38,371 bases of DNA from sequence record SRR20825006_1479; one strand, given 5' to 3'. The notes beneath the pieces are model-generated. The model worked only from the letters and a program-made list of their open reading frames with translations. It had not been told where the DNA came from and searched no databases. Position numbers and translations under genes: made by a program. Of the stretch, positions 7,593 through 17,892 are shown piece after piece. Each line of letters opens with the position of its first letter. Positions within the stretch are counted from its first letter, which is position 1.

Positions 7593-9554
7593 CTAGTCGA
7601 GTTTGTAGTCCGAGACCACGATTTCGTAACGCTCGAAGGGCGCATGACGGCTCGAGTCGAGCGAGATCAGGAGCGTGTCTCCTGGATCGAGCGGAGGATC
7701 GTAGACACCGTTGAGGTAGCTATCCTCCGAGAGGATCATTTCACCCTTCTTATCATAGATGCGTTTCTCGAGCTTGACCGTACGCAATTTCTTGGTGCCC
7801 GTGTTCTTTACCGCCAGCTCGAGTTTGTGATCGACGGTGCCAGCCTTGCCATAGAGAGGCGTCTCCGACTTGTCGAGCCTGGGGGTTGCCTCGAGCTTGA
7901 TGCCATCGGGCTGCGCGCCGACCCAACCCACCGCGAATGGTTTCCCATCCTCGTAGGTGTTGCTGGTCGGAGCGCTCTTTGCCGAGACGAGCGTGATCAC
8001 GATTTTTTTTGCGTCCTCGCTGATCGGAAGGCGCGCGTCGAAGTGTGTCATATCCCCTGGCCGCAGAGGTGGCTTGTAACCCTGGTGGATATCCTCGGTA
8101 TCACCGGCGAGGATCTTGCCCTTCGCGTCCACGATGTGAATGTCTGCCTTGAGCTGCTCGATATCCTGCTTCGAGCCATTGAGGATCGAGAAGCCGACCG
8201 AGGCTTCATTGTTGTAATGCGTATCTATGGACTTCGATTCGAGGGTCATCTTCTCGAGCGATGAGACCTTGTTCACGACCTCGATGTCGATGTTGGCGAA
8301 GCGTTGCTCGACCGAGGCGGGTTCATCATTCAAGAACTCCTGTACGGGGCTCGAGACCTCCGGCATGGCGATCTTGATATCGGGAGGATCGATATCGTGC
8401 GGGTGAGGGTTTGACTCTGGTGCGATGAACACGACGACGGCGATGGCGACGGCGACCAAAAGCCCCGCCGCCACGAGCGCGGCTCTGGCACCCTGTGATT
8501 GCGCTGCGGTTGCTGTGGCCTGTGCTGCCTGAGGAGTGGGCGGTGTGGCGACCAGTTGTCGATCGATCGCCTGGAGCGCTGCGAGCGCCTGCCTGGCGTC
8601 CTCGAAGCGATCCTCGACGTTTGGATCGAGCAGGCGATCGAGGAAGTCTCGCAGCCCTGGCGAGATGTTGACGCGGCCATGAAAGTCGAGGCGCATGCGT
8701 TGCAGCGGCATCTGCGCCGGGTGCACGTGCGAGAGCGCGTGCACGGCGGTCGCGCCGAGCGCGTACAGGTCAGTCGCCGGGACGCTACGCCCCATGAACT
8801 GCTCGGGCGCCATGTAACCGCTCGTGCCCACGATCGTGGAGCCGATCATCGAGGCCGTGGTCAGCACGGCCTGGATCGCGCCAAAGTCGATGAGCGACCA
8901 CGAGCCATCGGCGCCCTGGATGATGTTCGAGGGTTTGATGTCCCGGTGAATCACCGGGGGGTTCTTTGTCTGCAGGTAGACAAGGATCTCGAGCAGGCTC
9001 GCGAGCATCGCCTTGATCTCATCCTCGCGAAAGCGTCGCCCGGACTCGAGGAGCTCAGCGAGTGTCGGACCCTCGAGGTATTCCTGGATGAGCAGGAAGC
9101 GCGCGACCTCGTCCTCTTCCTCGTGATAGGCGCCGAGGTAAGAGGGGATGCGCGCGTGATCGAGCTGCGCGAGGACCTCTCCCTCGCGCTCGAACAGTTC
9201 GATCGCCTTCCAGTTCTCGAGGTGCGCGAGGTGGAGTTGTTTGACGACGACCTCCTGCTCGGTCTGTTCGTCGAGCGCGAGGTAGGTGCGCGCCTGTCCT
9301 CCGGCGCCGAGCTCTCGGATGATGACGTAGCGGCCAGCGATCCTCTCCACCGAGGGCGCGAGCGGGTTATCTTCTCGCTCTCCGCGGAGCGCTCGCTCGG
9401 TGCGAACCTGCGCGGTGAGAAACGATCTCAGGCGCTCTTCTTCTGCCTCGTCGAGGTGTCCGTTGCCGTCGAGATCATAGGACGCGAACCGCGCTGGATC
9501 TTGTTTGATCTCATCCAGCAAGCGCTCGACCTCGGCTTCGATGCTCGTGCTCAT
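7593..9554 (-). CDS. Hanks-type Ser/Thr protein kinase with N-terminal EF-hand loop, one TM helix and two extracellular beta-rich repeats
   Basis: LGAGGQARTY, VVVK, HRDIKPSN, DFG, GYMAPEQ and DLYALG kinase motifs; DLDGNGHLDEAE loop; TM LLVAVAIAVVVFI; two C-terminal repeats ending PPLRPGD and PPLDPGD. Confidence 0.93.
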   Translation of the reverse strand: MSTSIEAEVERLLDEIKQDPARFASYDLDGNGHLDEAEEERLRSFLTAQVRTERALRGEREDNPLAPSVERIAGRYVIIRELGAGGQARTYLALDEQTEQEVVVKQLHLAHLENWKAIELFEREGEVLAQLDHARIPSYLGAYHEEEDEVARFLLIQEYLEGPTLAELLESGRRFREDEIKAMLASLLEILVYLQTKNPPVIHRDIKPSNIIQGADGSWSLIDFGAIQAVLTTASMIGSTIVGTSGYMAPEQFMGRSVPATDLYALGATAVHALSHVHPAQMPLQRMRLDFHGRVNISPGLRDFLDRLLDPNVEDRFEDARQALAALQAIDRQLVATPPTPQAAQATATAAQSQGARAALVAAGLLVAVAIAVVVFIAPESNPHPHDIDPPDIKIAMPEVSSPVQEFLNDEPASVEQRFANIDIEVVNKVSSLEKMTLESKSIDTHYNNEASVGFSILNGSKQDIEQLKADIHIVDAKGKILAGDTEDIHQGYKPPLRPGDMTHFDARLPISEDAKKIVITLVSAKSAPTSNTYEDGKPFAVGWVGAQPDGIKLEATPRLDKSETPLYGKAGTVDHKLELAVKNTGTKKLRTVKLEKRIYDKKGEMILSEDSYLNGVYDPPLDPGDTLLISLDSSRHAPFERYEIVVSDYKLD

Positions 9555-9680
9555 CTTCAGGTTCTCCTTGTGCGATTTTGTGTGCCACGTCCTCTGGTTG
9601 AAAATAGAATCAGTGGAGCAACCGTCAGGATACCATCTCTTGTTTCTTTCTCCAGCCTCGGGGATGCGTGAACCGACCTG

Positions 9681-9779
9681 CGGTGGCCAGAACCCCGGCA
9701 GGGCACTTTTTTGCTGGCGCGCGTCGATCGAGCAGACCAGGTATCAAAAAAGTGCCCTGCCGGGGTTCTGGGCGAGACG
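9681..9779. repeat. 99-nt palindromic intergenic element, copy A (REP/REPIN- or MITE-like)
   Basis: Perfect 27-bp inverted repeat (9687-9713 / 9745-9771) around a 31-nt core; homologous to 22462-22560. Confidence 0.85.
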
Positions 9780-9799
9780 CTGGCGTGGGCAGCCCGAGG

Positions 9800-10879
9800 T
9801 TACGGGAGCGGCTCGAGGATGTTGACGTGACCCATCTTTCGCCCCGGTCGCAGGCCAACCTTGCCATAGATATGCACGCGGCGGTTGGGGAGCGCGAGCA
9901 TGGCGTCGCGTTCGAGGATCTCCTCGCCGAGCAGGTTGACCATGGTGGTCTTGAACCTCGGGGAGGTGTCTCCGAGGGGGAGCCCGGTGACGGCGCGGAT
10001 CTGCTGTTCGAACTGGCTGGTGACGCAGCCATCCATGGTCCAGTGTCCCGAGTTATGGGGGCGAGGGGCGATCTCGTTGACGAGGAGCCCGTCATCCTGG
10101 GTCTGAAAGAACTCGACGGCGAGGACGCCGATGTAGTCGAGGGATTCGGCGATCCGTTTGACGATCTTGGCGGCGCTGGCGGCGAGCGTCGGGGTCATGG
10201 AGGGCGCAGGCGCGAGGGTGCGCGAGAGGATATGTTCCTCGGTGTGTTGATTCTCGACCAGGGGGTAGAAGGCCATCTGACCGCCCTTGGAGCGCGCGGC
10301 GACGATGGAGAGTTCGCGCTTGAAGTCGACGAACCCTTCGAGCACGGAGCGTTTCTCGCCGACGTGTTTCCACGCCCTGGCGACTCCCTCCTGGGTGGTG
10401 ATCTTGACTTGCCCGTGGCCATCGTAACCGAGCGTGGCGGTTTTGAGGACGGCGGGGAGGCCGATCTCACTGGCGGCCTGCTCGAGGGCTTGCAGCGAGT
10501 CGACCTCTCTCCAGGAGGTGGTCTCGATGCCGAGGTTTGCGAGCATGCTCTTCTCGAGCGCGCGATCCTGGCAGATCTTGAGCGCGCGGGCGCCAGGATG
10601 AACGGGGCAGATCGAGTCGAGGTGACGGACGGCGTCGATGGGGATGTTCTCGAACTCGATGGTGATCACGTCGCACTGCGAGGCGAACGAGGTCAGCGCG
10701 GCGCGGTCTTCCCAGGCGCCGATGGTGACGAGGTCGGTGACCTGGGTGGATGGCGCCTTGGCCTTGGTGGTGAAGACGTGCGTGCGGTAGCCGAGCGAGG
10801 CGGCGGCCATGGCGGCCATCCTGCCGAGCTGACCTCCGCCGAGCATGCCGATGGTGGAGTGCATGGGGAGAGTGCTCAT
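9800..10879 (-). CDS. purK: N5-carboxyaminoimidazole ribonucleotide synthase
   Basis: IGMLGGGQLGRM, TIEFENI, GYDGHGQ, NEIAPRPHNSGHWT, TSQFEQQIRA and GRKMGH motifs; ATG overlaps the purE TGA. Confidence 0.97.
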   Translation of the reverse strand: MSTLPMHSTIGMLGGGQLGRMAAMAAASLGYRTHVFTTKAKAPSTQVTDLVTIGAWEDRAALTSFASQCDVITIEFENIPIDAVRHLDSICPVHPGARALKICQDRALEKSMLANLGIETTSWREVDSLQALEQAASEIGLPAVLKTATLGYDGHGQVKITTQEGVARAWKHVGEKRSVLEGFVDFKRELSIVAARSKGGQMAFYPLVENQHTEEHILSRTLAPAPSMTPTLAASAAKIVKRIAESLDYIGVLAVEFFQTQDDGLLVNEIAPRPHNSGHWTMDGCVTSQFEQQIRAVTGLPLGDTSPRFKTTMVNLLGEEILERDAMLALPNRRVHIYGKVGLRPGRKMGHVNILEPLP

Positions 10880-11382
10880 CAGTCTAGCTCGCGTGGTTGG
10901 AGGTCTACAGCGTCGCTGCGGTCTTTGCGCCATTGCTCGAGGCGTGCGCCGAGGTCGTCGTCGAGCAGCGCGAGGATCGATGCGGCGAGGAGGGCGGCGT
11001 TTTTTGCGCCCGAGTCACCGATCGAGAGCGTGCCGACGGGGACCCCGCCGGGCATCTGCACGATCGATAAGAGGCTATCGATGCCGTTGAGGGTGCGTGA
11101 TTTGATGGGGACGCCGAGGACGGGGAGCGTGGTCATCGAGGCGGTCATCCCGGGGAGGTGCGCGGCGCCGCCAGCGCCAGCGACGATGACCTTGAGGCCG
11201 CGGCTCTTTGCCTGCTTGGCGTATTGCACGAGGCGATCGGGGGTGCGGTGAGCGGAGACGATGCGCACCTCGTGGGGGATCTCGAGCGCGTCGAGGATTT
11301 CGGTGCAGCGTTGCATCGTGGGCCAGTCGGACTGGCTCCCCATGATGACGCCGACGAGGGGAGTGGGAGAGGAGTCAGACAT
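10879..11382 (-). CDS. purE: N5-carboxyaminoimidazole ribonucleotide mutase
   Basis: [28 protein letters not shown] and [15 protein letters not shown] motifs. Confidence 0.98.
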   Translation of the reverse strand: MSDSSPTPLVGVIMGSQSDWPTMQRCTEILDALEIPHEVRIVSAHRTPDRLVQYAKQAKSRGLKVIVAGAGGAAHLPGMTASMTTLPVLGVPIKSRTLNGIDSLLSIVQMPGGVPVGTLSIGDSGAKNAALLAASILALLDDDLGARLEQWRKDRSDAVDLQPRELD

Positions 11383-11509
11383 GATGTATCTCGCGAGCGA
11401 TCGTGCTATGGGGTATGGATGAACGTGCGCGCGGGCGGCATCATGCATGTAGGCTCGGACGAGCGTCAAGCCAACGTGATGTCAATCAAGGGTTCAGGGA
11501 GTAGTGAGC

Positions 11510-12265
11510 ATGAGTGGACGCACTGGGACTGTGGTCGAGGAGATCGTGAGCGCGATTTGTGTCGCGATTTTCCGAGGTGAGCACAAGGTCGGGGAGAAGC
11601 TCCCGCCGCTGCGCACGCTGGCCAAGACCTATGATGTCACGCTCCCGACCATGCAGCGCGTGATCGCGAGGATGGAGGAGCTCGGCTTGATCGAGGTTCG
11701 CCAGGGGAGCGGCGTGACGGTGCTCGAGCCGCTCTCGCACGCGCACCCGTCGGCGATCCCGTACTGGCTCGAGGCGTTGCGCGATGATCCTGCCGAGGCG
11801 TCGAGGTATCTGGGTGATTTTCTCGAGCTTCGCAATGACCTGGGGTTGGCCACGTTGTTAAAGATCAGGCCGCTGCTCCAGTCAGACGAGGGGGAGCGCG
11901 TGGCGGCGGCGCTGGCGGAGTTAGCCGAGAGTGCTGCGACGATGACCCCGGAGGAGGCGTTCGAGGCGGACTTTGACCTGATGAGGAGGCTCATCGCGCT
12001 CGAGCCGCAGGTGGCCTACTCGACGATGCTCAATGTGTTGGCGAGCATCTTGCGAGGGCTGCCGCAGCTCGTGGACATGATCTATGACCAGCCCGAGCGC
12101 AACGCGGTGGGTTATCAGGCGGTGCTCGCGCTGGCGCGGGACAAGAAGGTGACGGACGCGGAGCTTCGCGACCAGGTGGCGAGCGTGCTCAAGGCGTTCG
12201 ACATGATCACGGTGAGCAAGTTTCGCGCGCTGCTCGAGGTCTCCATCGAGCGAGAGGGCGCCTGA
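11510..12265 (+). CDS. GntR/FadR family transcriptional regulator
   Basis: N-terminal wHTH GEKLPPLRTLAKTYDVTLPT...GLIEVRQGSG; helical C-terminal domain with FLELR. Confidence 0.9.
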   Translation: MSGRTGTVVEEIVSAICVAIFRGEHKVGEKLPPLRTLAKTYDVTLPTMQRVIARMEELGLIEVRQGSGVTVLEPLSHAHPSAIPYWLEALRDDPAEASRYLGDFLELRNDLGLATLLKIRPLLQSDEGERVAAALAELAESAATMTPEEAFEADFDLMRRLIALEPQVAYSTMLNVLASILRGLPQLVDMIYDQPERNAVGYQAVLALARDKKVTDAELRDQVASVLKAFDMITVSKFRALLEVSIEREGA

Positions 12266-12712
12266 TCGAAAACGGGACAGCGCCGCGCTCCAACGTGTGG
12301 CTTTTTTGTCTCGCCATGGCGCCTCTTTGTTTTGATCGGTGATGGATGTTTTCGCGTCGGCCGAGGAGTGCGCCCCACAAATTTTCACAAATCACTGCAA
12401 AAAACGACTGGTGAGTCAGGTCTCAGATCCGGGGTAGGGCGATCGTGCCACAGGGGTGGTATGACCTGTCCTCTTGGAAATATGGGCTCTATCGATGGTG
12501 TGACACTTTGTCTCGGTGGTGGGGACAGCTGTTCTCACTTGATTGTGGAGATCAGGTCACAAGGGGTGTGGTATAAAAGACGCAATCATGAGATAAAGGT
12601 GCAACAAACCTGGACATGTCAGATCGAGGATCGAGGTCAGAGGCAGACGGCATCCCTAGATCATGTACTACATTGTGCGATGACTGAAAAAAAAGCGGTG
12701 CTCGGGTAAGTT

Positions 12713-12728
12713 CGGCATGGTCTCTGCA
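12713..12728 (+). promoter_or_regulatory. Candidate sigma-54 (-24/-12) promoter
   Basis: CGGCATGGTCTCTGCA fits GG-N10-GC spacing, about 95 nt upstream of the surface-protein ATG, at the end of a long lower-GC intergenic region. Confidence 0.5.
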
Positions 12729-12823
12729 ATACAAGTAAGCCGACGAGATAGTAAAAGTACCGCTCACCCCCAAACATGGCGGACCTCCCCACAGGACGCC
12801 AACGCTCACAGAGGTAAGTAGAG

Positions 12824-15800
12824 ATGAAAGACCTTTTGTTCCGCCTCCCACCCTTGGCGCTCGCAGGCGCACTGGTGGTGCCGATGTCGGCGGCGGCCTT
12901 GTTGTTCAACGTCAATGAAGCGAGCGCCTGTGGCGGCTCGCCGCCCCCTCCGCAGTGTGGCGTGGCGCTCAGTTGTACGTTGGCCATCGGGGATACGTTC
13001 CCGGCAGACCAGGTCAACCCGATCCCCGCAGAAATCCAGTCGTCGATGAACCTTGTCATCACGGGCAACGATCCTCGTTGCCCTGGTCAGACGGGTAACT
13101 TGAACCTCGATCTGTCGGCAGATTGCCTTGACGCCATGGGCGCGGACGCCCCTGGTGGTTCGGTGAACTTCCAGCAGTCAGGTCTTGTGAACGGCATCAA
13201 TCGCCTCACGATCCCCAACTTCCAATTCGCAGCGGGCCCCGCGCGTCGTTGTGATATTTCGGGTAACGCGAGCGTGACGTTGACCAGCGGCCAGACCGCG
13301 ACGACGACCTGTTCGGATCAGTGCGTGGCGCTCGCAGAGCCTGCGCCAAACAACCCGAGCCAGCCTGGCGTCGAGCTCAAGCTCACCGACCAGAACTGGA
13401 TCCCTGCTGGCAAGGCGGGCCGCGCGAGCGTCCTCAGCTACACCATCACGAACAACTCCAACTCGACCTTCGCCGGTGACTTCATCGTCGCCGCGAGGAA
13501 CGCGCACCAGGGCGGCGCGGCGGGACCTGTCCCGACCCCGACCCCAGACCCCTCGCAGGTCTGCACCCAGGGCGTGAACCCTCCCGCGCAGACGCAAGAC
13601 TGCTCGATGGTCGCCGCTGATCCCGTCTGTGGTTGTGACGGAAACGTCTACCAGACGACCTGCGCGCTCGATAACGCGGGCGTCCAGAAGTACTCCGATG
13701 ACGAGGCAAGCGCGCACTGTAACCCACCTGCGCCAGCTGGCCTCTTCTACATCCAGAAGCCGGGCGACACGAACGACAACTTCGCCATGGCGATCGAGTC
13801 GGCCACGATGGACCCCTGCCTCGAGGTTCCCGCGAACCCCGCGCAGACCACGCCGAGCGAGCAGACTGTTTCGGTGACCGTGGCCGCTGGCCAGTCGGTC
13901 GATATCCGCATCATCGTGCGCCCATGGGCGACCTGCGCGACTTGCTCGGGCAACGCCATCTCGGTCAACCTCAACGGCCAGACGCTCGCCTCTCCTTCGA
14001 TCACCAACCTGTGTAACACCGCAGCGTTCGTTGTCGATCAGGAGTCCGAGGTCGACATCGAGACCTTCGAGTGTCCCGACGACCCCGAAGATGATCCTAC
14101 CGAGGTCTGCGCCTCCAACGACACGTGCTGCCTGAATCCTGACGATTCTTCCTGCAGCACCAACGGTTGTGGACCAAACGATCTCGATTGTGACGGCACC
14201 GACGATGACGTCGATCCCGATCCAAACGACGACGACACCGATGATGACGGCGTCGACGACACCACCGAGATCATCGAGGGCACCGACCCGACCGACAACG
14301 ACACCGACGATGACGGCATCGATGACGGCACCGAGATCATCAACGGCACCGATCCTACCAACGCGGACACCGACGATGACGGCGTGCCGGACGCGGATGA
14401 CCCCGCTCCTACCGACGACGACGCTGACAACGACGGCATCCTCGACGGCCTGGACGACGACATCTTCGATCCAGACTCCGACAACGACGGCTTGATCGAC
14501 GGTCAGGATCCTGACCCGAACAACCCCGACACCGACGGCGACGGCGTCTCCGACGGCATCGAGGACCGCTTCGGCCTCGATCCTAACGACGCGAGTATCC
14601 CTGCAAACCCAGGCGACTACGTCGACTCGGACGGCGATGGCCTCACCGACACCGAAGAGGCCAACCTCGGCACCAACCCCAACGTCGGTGACACCGACGG
14701 CGACGGCATCCTCGACGGTCAGGAAGAGCTCATCTACGGCTCGGACCCGAGCATCGCTGATACCGATGGCGACGGCCTCCCTGATGGCGCCGAGATCAAC
14801 GATCACCGCACCGATCCTACGCTCATCGACACCGATGGCGACGGCCTGCCAGATGCGGACGAGATTTCGCTCAACACGAACCCTCTCAACCCTGACTCCG
14901 ACAACGACGGCTTGACCGACGGCGACGAAGTCAACATCCACGGCACCAACCCACTCGACCGCGACACCGATGGCTCGGGCGCGCTCGACGGCGAGGAAGT
15001 CGCTGGCGGCTACAACCCCGCTGACGGCTCCGATGACCAGAACCTGCTCAACTCGCGTCTCGCTCGCGCTGGCGTCGTCCTTCGCAGCAACGACCCCGAT
15101 AAGTCGGTCGAGTTGATCAAGTCCGTGACCTTGCTCGAAGGCGTCGGCGTGCGTCGCATCTACGCGAACTCGCAGACCCTCACCAGCCAGATCGGTCGTA
15201 TCCACGAAACCATCGAGGTCGATCCTTCGACCGTCGAGAAGGGACAGCCCATCAACGTCGAGGTCGCCTTCGACGCCAAGATGGCCAAGGACGACAGCAC
15301 GTTCAGCGTCTCCAAGCTCTCCATGGGCGTGAAGCAAGAGCCATCCAACGATGGTCTCGACTTCGCGGGCACCGGTGAGGTCGAGGTCGCTTCGGCTCCG
15401 TTCCACATCTTCTCGGTTGTCTACCAGGGCTCCTTCTGGTCGCCTGACCCCGTCACCGGCGAGATGAAGCGCCTGCGCGTCGACAGCCCCTCGTTCTCCG
15501 TCGAGGGGGACTCCATCCGCGTCAACTTCCGCGTCTTCGCTCCTGACCATGACACCAGCGTCATGTACTTCATGAGCGACTTCAACAGCAACGAGCGCGC
15601 TGACTTCGAGGATGCCTGCAACGACGGCATGGACGATGACAACGACGGCGCCATCGACTGCGCTGATATCGACTGCGGCTGCGAAGGCGGCGGCACCGAG
15701 ATCTGCGGCAACGGCTTCGACGATGATGGCAACGGCCTCAGCGACTGCGACGACGTCGCTGTCTGTGGCAACACGCCAGCATGTCAGACGCCTGACGCAG

Positions 15801-16036
15801 AGATCTGCACCAACAGCACCGATGACGATGGCGACGGCCTCACCGATTGCACCGACCCTGACTGCGCATCCGACGCAGCTTGCACGGGCGGCAACGGTCA
15901 GGACCCCACGACCGACGACCCCGGTAACAACGGCGGCGGTTGTGGCTGCGGCTCCACGGGTGGTGACGCACCGCTCGCTCCGCTCGCACTCGTCGGTCTC
16001 GGCCTGGTGGCACTCCGCCGCCGTCGCCGCGACTGA
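12824..16036 (+). CDS. Large Asp/Cys-rich surface protein with Kazal-like domain, thrombospondin type-3-like Ca-binding repeats and MYXO-CTERM sorting signal
   Basis: Signal peptide; [14 protein letters not shown] (Kazal-like); many DTDGDG(L/I/V)xDxxE repeats; three C-x-(D/N)-x2-DDD-x-(D/N)-G-x2-DC repeats; C-terminus GCGCGSTGG...[17 protein letters not shown]. Confidence 0.9.
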   Translation: MKDLLFRLPPLALAGALVVPMSAAALLFNVNEASACGGSPPPPQCGVALSCTLAIGDTFPADQVNPIPAEIQSSMNLVITGNDPRCPGQTGNLNLDLSADCLDAMGADAPGGSVNFQQSGLVNGINRLTIPNFQFAAGPARRCDISGNASVTLTSGQTATTTCSDQCVALAEPAPNNPSQPGVELKLTDQNWIPAGKAGRASVLSYTITNNSNSTFAGDFIVAARNAHQGGAAGPVPTPTPDPSQVCTQGVNPPAQTQDCSMVAADPVCGCDGNVYQTTCALDNAGVQKYSDDEASAHCNPPAPAGLFYIQKPGDTNDNFAMAIESATMDPCLEVPANPAQTTPSEQTVSVTVAAGQSVDIRIIVRPWATCATCSGNAISVNLNGQTLASPSITNLCNTAAFVVDQESEVDIETFECPDDPEDDPTEVCASNDTCCLNPDDSSCSTNGCGPNDLDCDGTDDDVDPDPNDDDTDDDGVDDTTEIIEGTDPTDNDTDDDGIDDGTEIINGTDPTNADTDDDGVPDADDPAPTDDDADNDGILDGLDDDIFDPDSDNDGLIDGQDPDPNNPDTDGDGVSDGIEDRFGLDPNDASIPANPGDYVDSDGDGLTDTEEANLGTNPNVGDTDGDGILDGQEELIYGSDPSIADTDGDGLPDGAEINDHRTDPTLIDTDGDGLPDADEISLNTNPLNPDSDNDGLTDGDEVNIHGTNPLDRDTDGSGALDGEEVAGGYNPADGSDDQNLLNSRLARAGVVLRSNDPDKSVELIKSVTLLEGVGVRRIYANSQTLTSQIGRIHETIEVDPSTVEKGQPINVEVAFDAKMAKDDSTFSVSKLSMGVKQEPSNDGLDFAGTGEVEVASAPFHIFSVVYQGSFWSPDPVTGEMKRLRVDSPSFSVEGDSIRVNFRVFAPDHDTSVMYFMSDFNSNERADFEDACNDGMDDDNDGAIDCADIDCGCEGGGTEICGNGFDDDGNGLSDCDDVAVCGNTPACQTPDAEICTNSTDDDGDGLTDCTDPDCASDAACTGGNGQDPTTDDPGNNGGGCGCGSTGGDAPLAPLALVGLGLVALRRRRRD

Positions 16037-16049
16037 TTCGGACAACGCG

Positions 16050-16091
16050 CCTGATGAGGTGTCTGACCGTCACGGTTAACACCTCATCAGG
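16050..16091. repeat. Hairpin downstream of the surface-protein gene
   Basis: CCTGATGAGGTGT...ACACCTCATCAGG 13-bp outer stem with an inner ACCG/CGGT stem. Confidence 0.6.
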
Positions 16092-16112
16092 AGGACGTTC
16101 TCTTTGAAATCC

Positions 16113-16152
16113 CGAGGGCCCATCCGAAAACTCGGATGGGCCCTCGTTGTTT
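16113..16152 (+). terminator. Rho-independent terminator
   Basis: CGAGGGCCCATCCGA-AAAC-TCGGATGGGCCCTCG followed by TTGTTT. Confidence 0.8.
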
Positions 16153-16383
16153 CTCCCTGACCTGCGTTACTTTGTGCGGCTCCTGGCATCCAAACTTACT
16201 GGGAGTTCACCTCGTGCAGGATCGAGGGAAGCCGTGGAGAGGCAGCGAGCTTCCTCGTTGCCTCTCCACGGCGGCCCGCGAGACGAGCGCCGCGTCAATG
16301 TGTCGCTCGATCTCGTGTTCGCTTGTGGTAAAATCGTGGCGTGGTCGAGACATCACGCATTTCTTTCTTCCAGAGGTTTCATC

Positions 16384-17877
16384 ATGAGGCGACTCCAACC
16401 CCTTGTCGGTTTTGCCTTGCTCCTCGCACTGACCGCGTGTGGACCTGGTTCTGATACCACTCCCCAGGATGACATGGGCCCCGAGGAGACGACCCCTGTC
16501 GTCGAAGAGGATCATCACGCGCTCCTACGAGCGCAGCTCGAGCCCTTCGACCTCGAGCCGCTCGAGATGCCTCCCGCGCAATCCGAGGCAAAGATCGAGC
16601 TCGGGAGGGCGCTCTTCCATGATCCGATCATGAGCGGCAGCCGCGACGCCGCCTGCGTCACGTGTCACCGCCCGGAACAGGCCACCGTCGACCACCTCTC
16701 CCTCCCCGTGGGCACCGCCGCGCGCGTCGACCCTGAAACGGGCGCTCGCACACCAGGCCCACAGCTCGACTTCGTCTCTCGCAACGTCCCCGACCTCTTT
16801 AACCGTGGGCACGACCAGACCGCGACGATGTTCTGGGACACGCGCCTCGAGACCGTCGAGATCGATGGCAAGACGCGCTTCAGGTTGGCCGATACCAATG
16901 ACTCGTATTCGCCGGATAACTACCTGCGCATGATGCCCGAGGGGCTGGATAACATCCTCGCTGCGCAGAACATGCTCCCGGTGCTCAACCGCCTCGAGCT
17001 GCGCGGATCGATCTCTTCGGTAGACTCCATCGATCCGAACAAGCCAAACGAGCTCGCGACGGTCCACGATGGCGACTTCGAGGAGGTCTGGCGCAAGGTG
17101 ATGAAGCGGTTGCTCGATGTCGAAGGGTATCGCCAGCTCTTCGCCGCGGCGTATCCAGACGTCCCCCTCGAAGAGCTCAGCTTCGTGCACGCGGCCAACG
17201 GCATCAGCGCGTTCATCATCTCGTCGTTTACCTTTATCGACTCCCCCTGGGATCGTTTCATCGCGGGGGATGACTCGGCGCTGACGGTGCAACAGGCGCG
17301 CGGCGCGCGCCTGTTCTATGGCAAGGCGCGTTGCGCGAGCTGCCATAACGGCGAGCTGTTCACGGACAACAAGTTCCATAACATCGGCGCTCGCCCGCTC
17401 GGTCGTGGACCTGACAAGACCGAGTTCATGGATCGAGGCGCGGCGCATCGATCGGTCGCCGGTCCTGACTTCTCGTTCGCGTTCCGCACAGCGCCGCTTC
17501 GCAACGTCGAGCTCACGCCACCCTACATGCACAACGGGATTTACAGTGACCTCGAGACCGTCGTTCGTCACAAGACCGACATCAGAACCTACCTTCGAAG
17601 CTACGATTACACGCAGATCCGCCCCGAGTTCCAACGACTCGTTCACCATGATCCCGAGCGGCTCGCCGTCGTCGAGATGACGTTGAGCCCCATCCTCGCC
17701 GATGGCGTCGACCTCACGGATCAGGAGATCGACGACATCGTCGCCTTCCTCAAGGCGCTCACGAGTCCTTCCGCCAGAGACCTCGCGCATACGCGCCCCG
17801 ACTCGGTCCCGAGCGGACTAGAGATCCCAAACCCGCCTCCTCCCAGAGACGTGGATGAGCCCGATGTGATGGAGTGA
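16384..17877 (+). CDS. Di-heme cytochrome c peroxidase/MauG family lipoprotein
   Basis: Lipobox LTAC; ELGRALFHD, CVTCH, MFWD, CASCH, FRTAPLRNVELTPPYMHNG and DIVAFLKALT motifs; start moved to MRRLQP after the terminator. Confidence 0.93.
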   Translation: MRRLQPLVGFALLLALTACGPGSDTTPQDDMGPEETTPVVEEDHHALLRAQLEPFDLEPLEMPPAQSEAKIELGRALFHDPIMSGSRDAACVTCHRPEQATVDHLSLPVGTAARVDPETGARTPGPQLDFVSRNVPDLFNRGHDQTATMFWDTRLETVEIDGKTRFRLADTNDSYSPDNYLRMMPEGLDNILAAQNMLPVLNRLELRGSISSVDSIDPNKPNELATVHDGDFEEVWRKVMKRLLDVEGYRQLFAAAYPDVPLEELSFVHAANGISAFIISSFTFIDSPWDRFIAGDDSALTVQQARGARLFYGKARCASCHNGELFTDNKFHNIGARPLGRGPDKTEFMDRGAAHRSVAGPDFSFAFRTAPLRNVELTPPYMHNGIYSDLETVVRHKTDIRTYLRSYDYTQIRPEFQRLVHHDPERLAVVEMTLSPILADGVDLTDQEIDDIVAFLKALTSPSARDLAHTRPDSVPSGLEIPNPPPPRDVDEPDVME

Positions 17878-17892
17878 TGTCGAAAAAACTCG

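Noticed and set aside
9681-9779. Palindromic element as an integron attC site or a simple terminator
   Set aside because: AAC...GTT is present, but the RYYYAAC/GTTRRRY boxes and extrahelical bases are not, and no integrase or cassette array is seen. The T run lies inside the stem rather than after it.
9668-11251. 527-aa plus-strand ORF
   Set aside because: It is the antisense shadow of purK/purE, typical of high-GC DNA.
14190-15030. Dense GACACCGACGGCGACGGC-type DNA repeats
   Set aside because: They are in-frame coding repeats (DTDGDG) with synonymous variation, not a non-coding array.
13178-16045. 955-aa Val-rich minus-strand ORF
   Set aside because: It mirrors the GAC-rich Asp repeats of the surface protein and has no independent motifs.
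16147-16383. 79-aa N-terminal extension of the peroxidase in the ORF track
   Set aside because: It starts at a TTG inside the terminator tail; the lipoprotein signal begins at ATG 16384.
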